The position numbers were made by a program, and so were the translations under genes. Below, piece by piece: positions 43,930-64,000 of a DNA stretch of 64,000 bases (within the stretch, counting starts at the first letter, position 1; each line of letters opens with the position of its first letter). This stretch comes from Euglena gracilis. Lineage: Eukaryota. Under the pieces are notes generated by a model. That model had not been told where the DNA came from. It did no database searches and worked only from the letters and a program-made list of their open reading frames with translations. Where the stretch lies: positions 23,386,954-23,450,953 of the forward strand of contig CP154954.1 of assembly GCA_039621445.1 (NCBI GenBank), given 5' to 3'.

Positions 43930-45290
43930 TACTAGCGGCGAATACCGCAAAAGTTCTTCAAAACAACTGTTCGGGCGAATACCCGAAGCAGGGTAGAGGA
44001 CAGAAAATCTGCCCTTAGGAGTGGTGTATACCACCGAATCAGGCGAATACCTGATACTCGCTCGTACGAAACGAAGCGAGGGTGAATTCACTGACTCAAT
44101 GATCCTTTTTGCTGCGTAATAGCAGCCAGCTGTGTCGTCCGTGTTTCCACGGAGCCTACGCTGGGGAGGCCATCCTGGAGCCAGAGATGGGCGTCCGGAA
44201 ACACGGAGGTGAGGCGGGTTTCGTCTCCACCTACTCCATCGCTGTCGCGGTAGGGTAGGATTCGGCCTGTCGGCCACAAGCATCACCTTTCGGTTTGTCC
44301 TGACCGGACGATGCGACGGCTGAATAGTCGTGCATCGTCGCAGGGCCTTTCGGCTGTCCGACAGTCTGGCCTGTTGCGCCACCTCTCGGTGGTGGTGTTT
44401 CATCACCGGCTTTGGCAGGGGGCTTACAGGGTGCAGCTCCAGGTTTGCCTCCTTTGGGATTCGCGCTCCCGGAATCAGGAGGCGACGCCTGCGGCTTACT
44501 CCTGGTATCAGGAGCAAATGACGCCGTAACAGACGGTTGCCGTCTTAGCGAAGCGGGCATAATGACCGCTGGGTCGCTCAGGACGCTCTGAGGGGTCGGC
44601 ACTTGTTCATCGGGCTGTTCAGCCGGCCGTCGTCGAGCAGGGTCATCCTGACTAACGGGGCGTGGCGCTGTGGTCGTCACCGGAATCGGTGCTTCCACAG
44701 GCGCTGACATTTTCATGAACTCAGCCGTCCTCCTCCATACCGCAAGGATCCTGTGCGGTGTCGGTGGTCGTGGGGGAATCACCTCCACTTCCATCTCGAC
44801 ATTCGGTTGAGGAGGTTCATCCTCCTCGACTGCCTTTGCCACTGCCACAGGAGGTTGTTCCTCCGTCGTAGCCGGTGCGACAGATGTCTCTGTCGGCTGG
44901 GGTTCATCCCCTGATGGTGGTTGCACCGCCGGAGGTGGGGGTGTGGGGGCACCGGCATCCGGTGTCTCCACGAGCTTGGTGGCGGAGCCTGATGCTACGC
45001 TTCCACGGCGTTAGTGCAGCAGCCACAGCAGTAATGCCAGTGACCACGGGGCCGAGCACACAGCCTCGTAATAAGGTGTGTGCTGTGGGCTGGCAGGTTC
45101 CTCGAGGGCATCCTCGATGACCATACCAGTCACCTCGGCTTGAGGCTCAGCCATCGGGACAGGCGTTGCAGCCAGGTGTATCCCTTGTGGGTACTTCGTC
45201 TGCCCGCGGCTGTGCCGGAGCAGGCAGAGCATCGTACAGGATATCCCGACGACCTCACCCTGCTCCTGGGACATTCCCCATGTCCACCTT
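43930..45290 (-). pseudogene. Internal fragment of ORF3 (copy 4), closely related to about 37430-38700
   Basis: ORF 44231..44971 VQPPSGDEPQPTE.SVAPAT.EEQPPVA...APVEAPIPVTTT...PARRRPAEQP...APDTRSKP is nearly colinear with the 34859 ORF. Confidence 0.9.
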
Positions 45291-45345
45291 TCGGTGGATA
45301 AAGGGAATTTGAAAAATGTGGAAGAAAAAGCGACAGACGTTCATG

Positions 45346-46070
45346 GTGATCATGACTCCGCTGGCAGCTACCGCGATTAAGATCATGAACACTCACGAAT
45401 CTGAAAAAAAAAATTTTTTCGCGAGAAGTACGACGGATATCCTGGTAATCAGGATTCTGATCGCGATTTGTGCGCTTCAGATGACGAACGTTCACAAATC
45501 TGAAAAATGTTGCAGGAAATGCGACGGAAATCATGGTAATCATGATTCCAATCGCGATTTCCGCGATTCAGATCGCGGCATTCGCGAGTCTGAAAAATTT
45601 TTGCGGGAAATGCGACGGAAATCATGGTAATCATGACTCCGATCGCGATTTCCGCGATTCAGATCGCGGCGTTCGCGAATCTGAAAAATTTTCGCGGGAA
45701 ATGCGACGGAAATCATGGTAATCATGATTCCGATCGCGATTTCCGCGATTGAGATTGCGACATTCGCGAATCTTAAAAATTTTCGAAGGAAATGCGACGG
45801 AAATCATGGTAATCATGATTCCGATCGCGATTTCCGCGAATCAGATCACGACATTCGCGGATCTGAAAAATTTTCGCAGGAAATGCTACGGAAATCATGG
45901 TAATCATGATTCCGATCGCGATTTCCGCGATTCAGATCGCGGCATTCGCGAATCTGAAAAATTTTCGCGGGAAATGCGACGGAAATCATGGTAATCATGA
46001 TTCCGATCACGATTTCCGCGATTCAGATCGCGACCTTCGCGAATCTGAAAAATTCTCGCGGGAAATGCGA
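45346..46070 (-). repeat. Reverse-orientation array of the same 91-bp satellite, about 8 units, more diverged at its left end
   Basis: GCGACGGAAATCATGGTAATCATGATTCCGATCGCGATTTCCGCGATTCAGAT is the reverse complement of the unit at 1-922. Confidence 0.95.
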
Positions 46071-46419
46071 GAAATATGACCAATGGGAAGAGCACTTGCA
46101 TTGAGACCAGGTGTGCTTCCACTTGGGTTGGTGGGCAGGGTTTTAGACTAATGCCATCCATAAAAAGTTACGACACGGTCCTAATTGACCACGTTGTCCA
46201 ATACGTGCATGTACATGTACACATATGCACATATATGTGGTACTCACACTGATGTAGGGGGTTGCACTCAACGGGGCTGACTATGCAAACCTTAGAGACA
46301 TCAGGCAATTCGTGAGCAAAAGTCTTCCAACCGTTTCTAAAAAAAAGTTTCCCTTGACGACCTGCCGGGCAACGGGCACACGCACCTCCAATCTTTGGGA
46401 GGTGGAGCCAGTCTGCAAA

Positions 46420-63440
<17,021 letters not shown>

Positions 63441-63472
63441 GCCGGCCCTGGGGGGGGCAAGTGAGGGAGGAG

Positions 63473-63743
63473 CAGGGGCTTTTTTTTTTTTAAAGACCGG
63501 GGGGTCCCCCCCCCCCCCTGGGGCCCCGGGGGGGGGGGTCCCGGGGGACCCACCACTTTCCCCCCCAAAAATGGCCCAAAAATTGTGAAAAATTAAAAAT
63601 AGCACCCTTTTCATTTTTTTTGTGCCTTTGGCGCCGAAAAGTATTTCCCCCCCCCCCATGGGGCAACCCCCCGGGGGGGGGGCGTGGGGCTCGGACCCAC
63701 CCACCCACCCCGCCCCGGGGTCGAAGAGAAAAAAAAACCCCGG
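63473..63743. mobile_element. hAT-type MITE
   Basis: CAGGGGCTTTTTTT ... AAAAAAACCCCGG imperfect TIR with an 8-bp TSD GGGAGGAG (63465-63472, 63744-63751). Confidence 0.75.
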
Positions 63744-64000
63744 GGGAGGAGGGGCGGCCGGCCCCACCAGGCATCGGCGTGGCAGACAGGCATCGGCGGG
63801 CATCACCGGCAAAATACTTCATTTCCAGCGCACGCGGACATGTGCACAGGTTTTTCATATGAGAAGCTGTCTCCAGCAAAGTATATTGAGGGGGGTGGCA
63901 GCTGTGGGGAGAATGCACCACAGTGCCAAAATAAGCCATCAAAAAAAAAAAAAAAAATAGGGGAAACTGAGCACATCTTGGACAACATCCACACCAAAAA

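Overview
Eukaryotic, intron-rich genomic DNA. It is probably euglenozoan (euglenid-like), inferred from mixed canonical and apparently base-paired non-canonical introns and a CRE-type retroelement. Bases 1-46 kb are a nested transposon cluster bracketed by two oppositely oriented arrays of one CpG-rich 91-bp satellite. (i) A decayed CRE/SLACS-type non-LTR retrotransposon has four 2A-like motifs in its N-terminal region. (ii) Inserted into its RT is a young, full-length 12.5-kb Ty3/gypsy chromodomain element (AGTT...AACT LTRs, 4-bp TSD) whose pol carries a C5-cytosine methyltransferase domain before the protease. (iii) A second, decayed Ty3/gypsy chromodomain element carries a DIRS-type adenine methyltransferase between protease and RT, a triplicated tRNA-iMet primer-binding site with cis tRNA mimics, and a very large unknown third ORF, of which four diverged copies occur in the window. 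(iv) There are two Helentron/DINE-like non-autonomous repeats. Bases 46.4-63.5 kb hold a multi-exon minus-strand host gene (duplicated ankyrin-containing module) whose introns contain microsatellites and hAT-type MITEs. All calls are by eye from motifs; no database searches were run.
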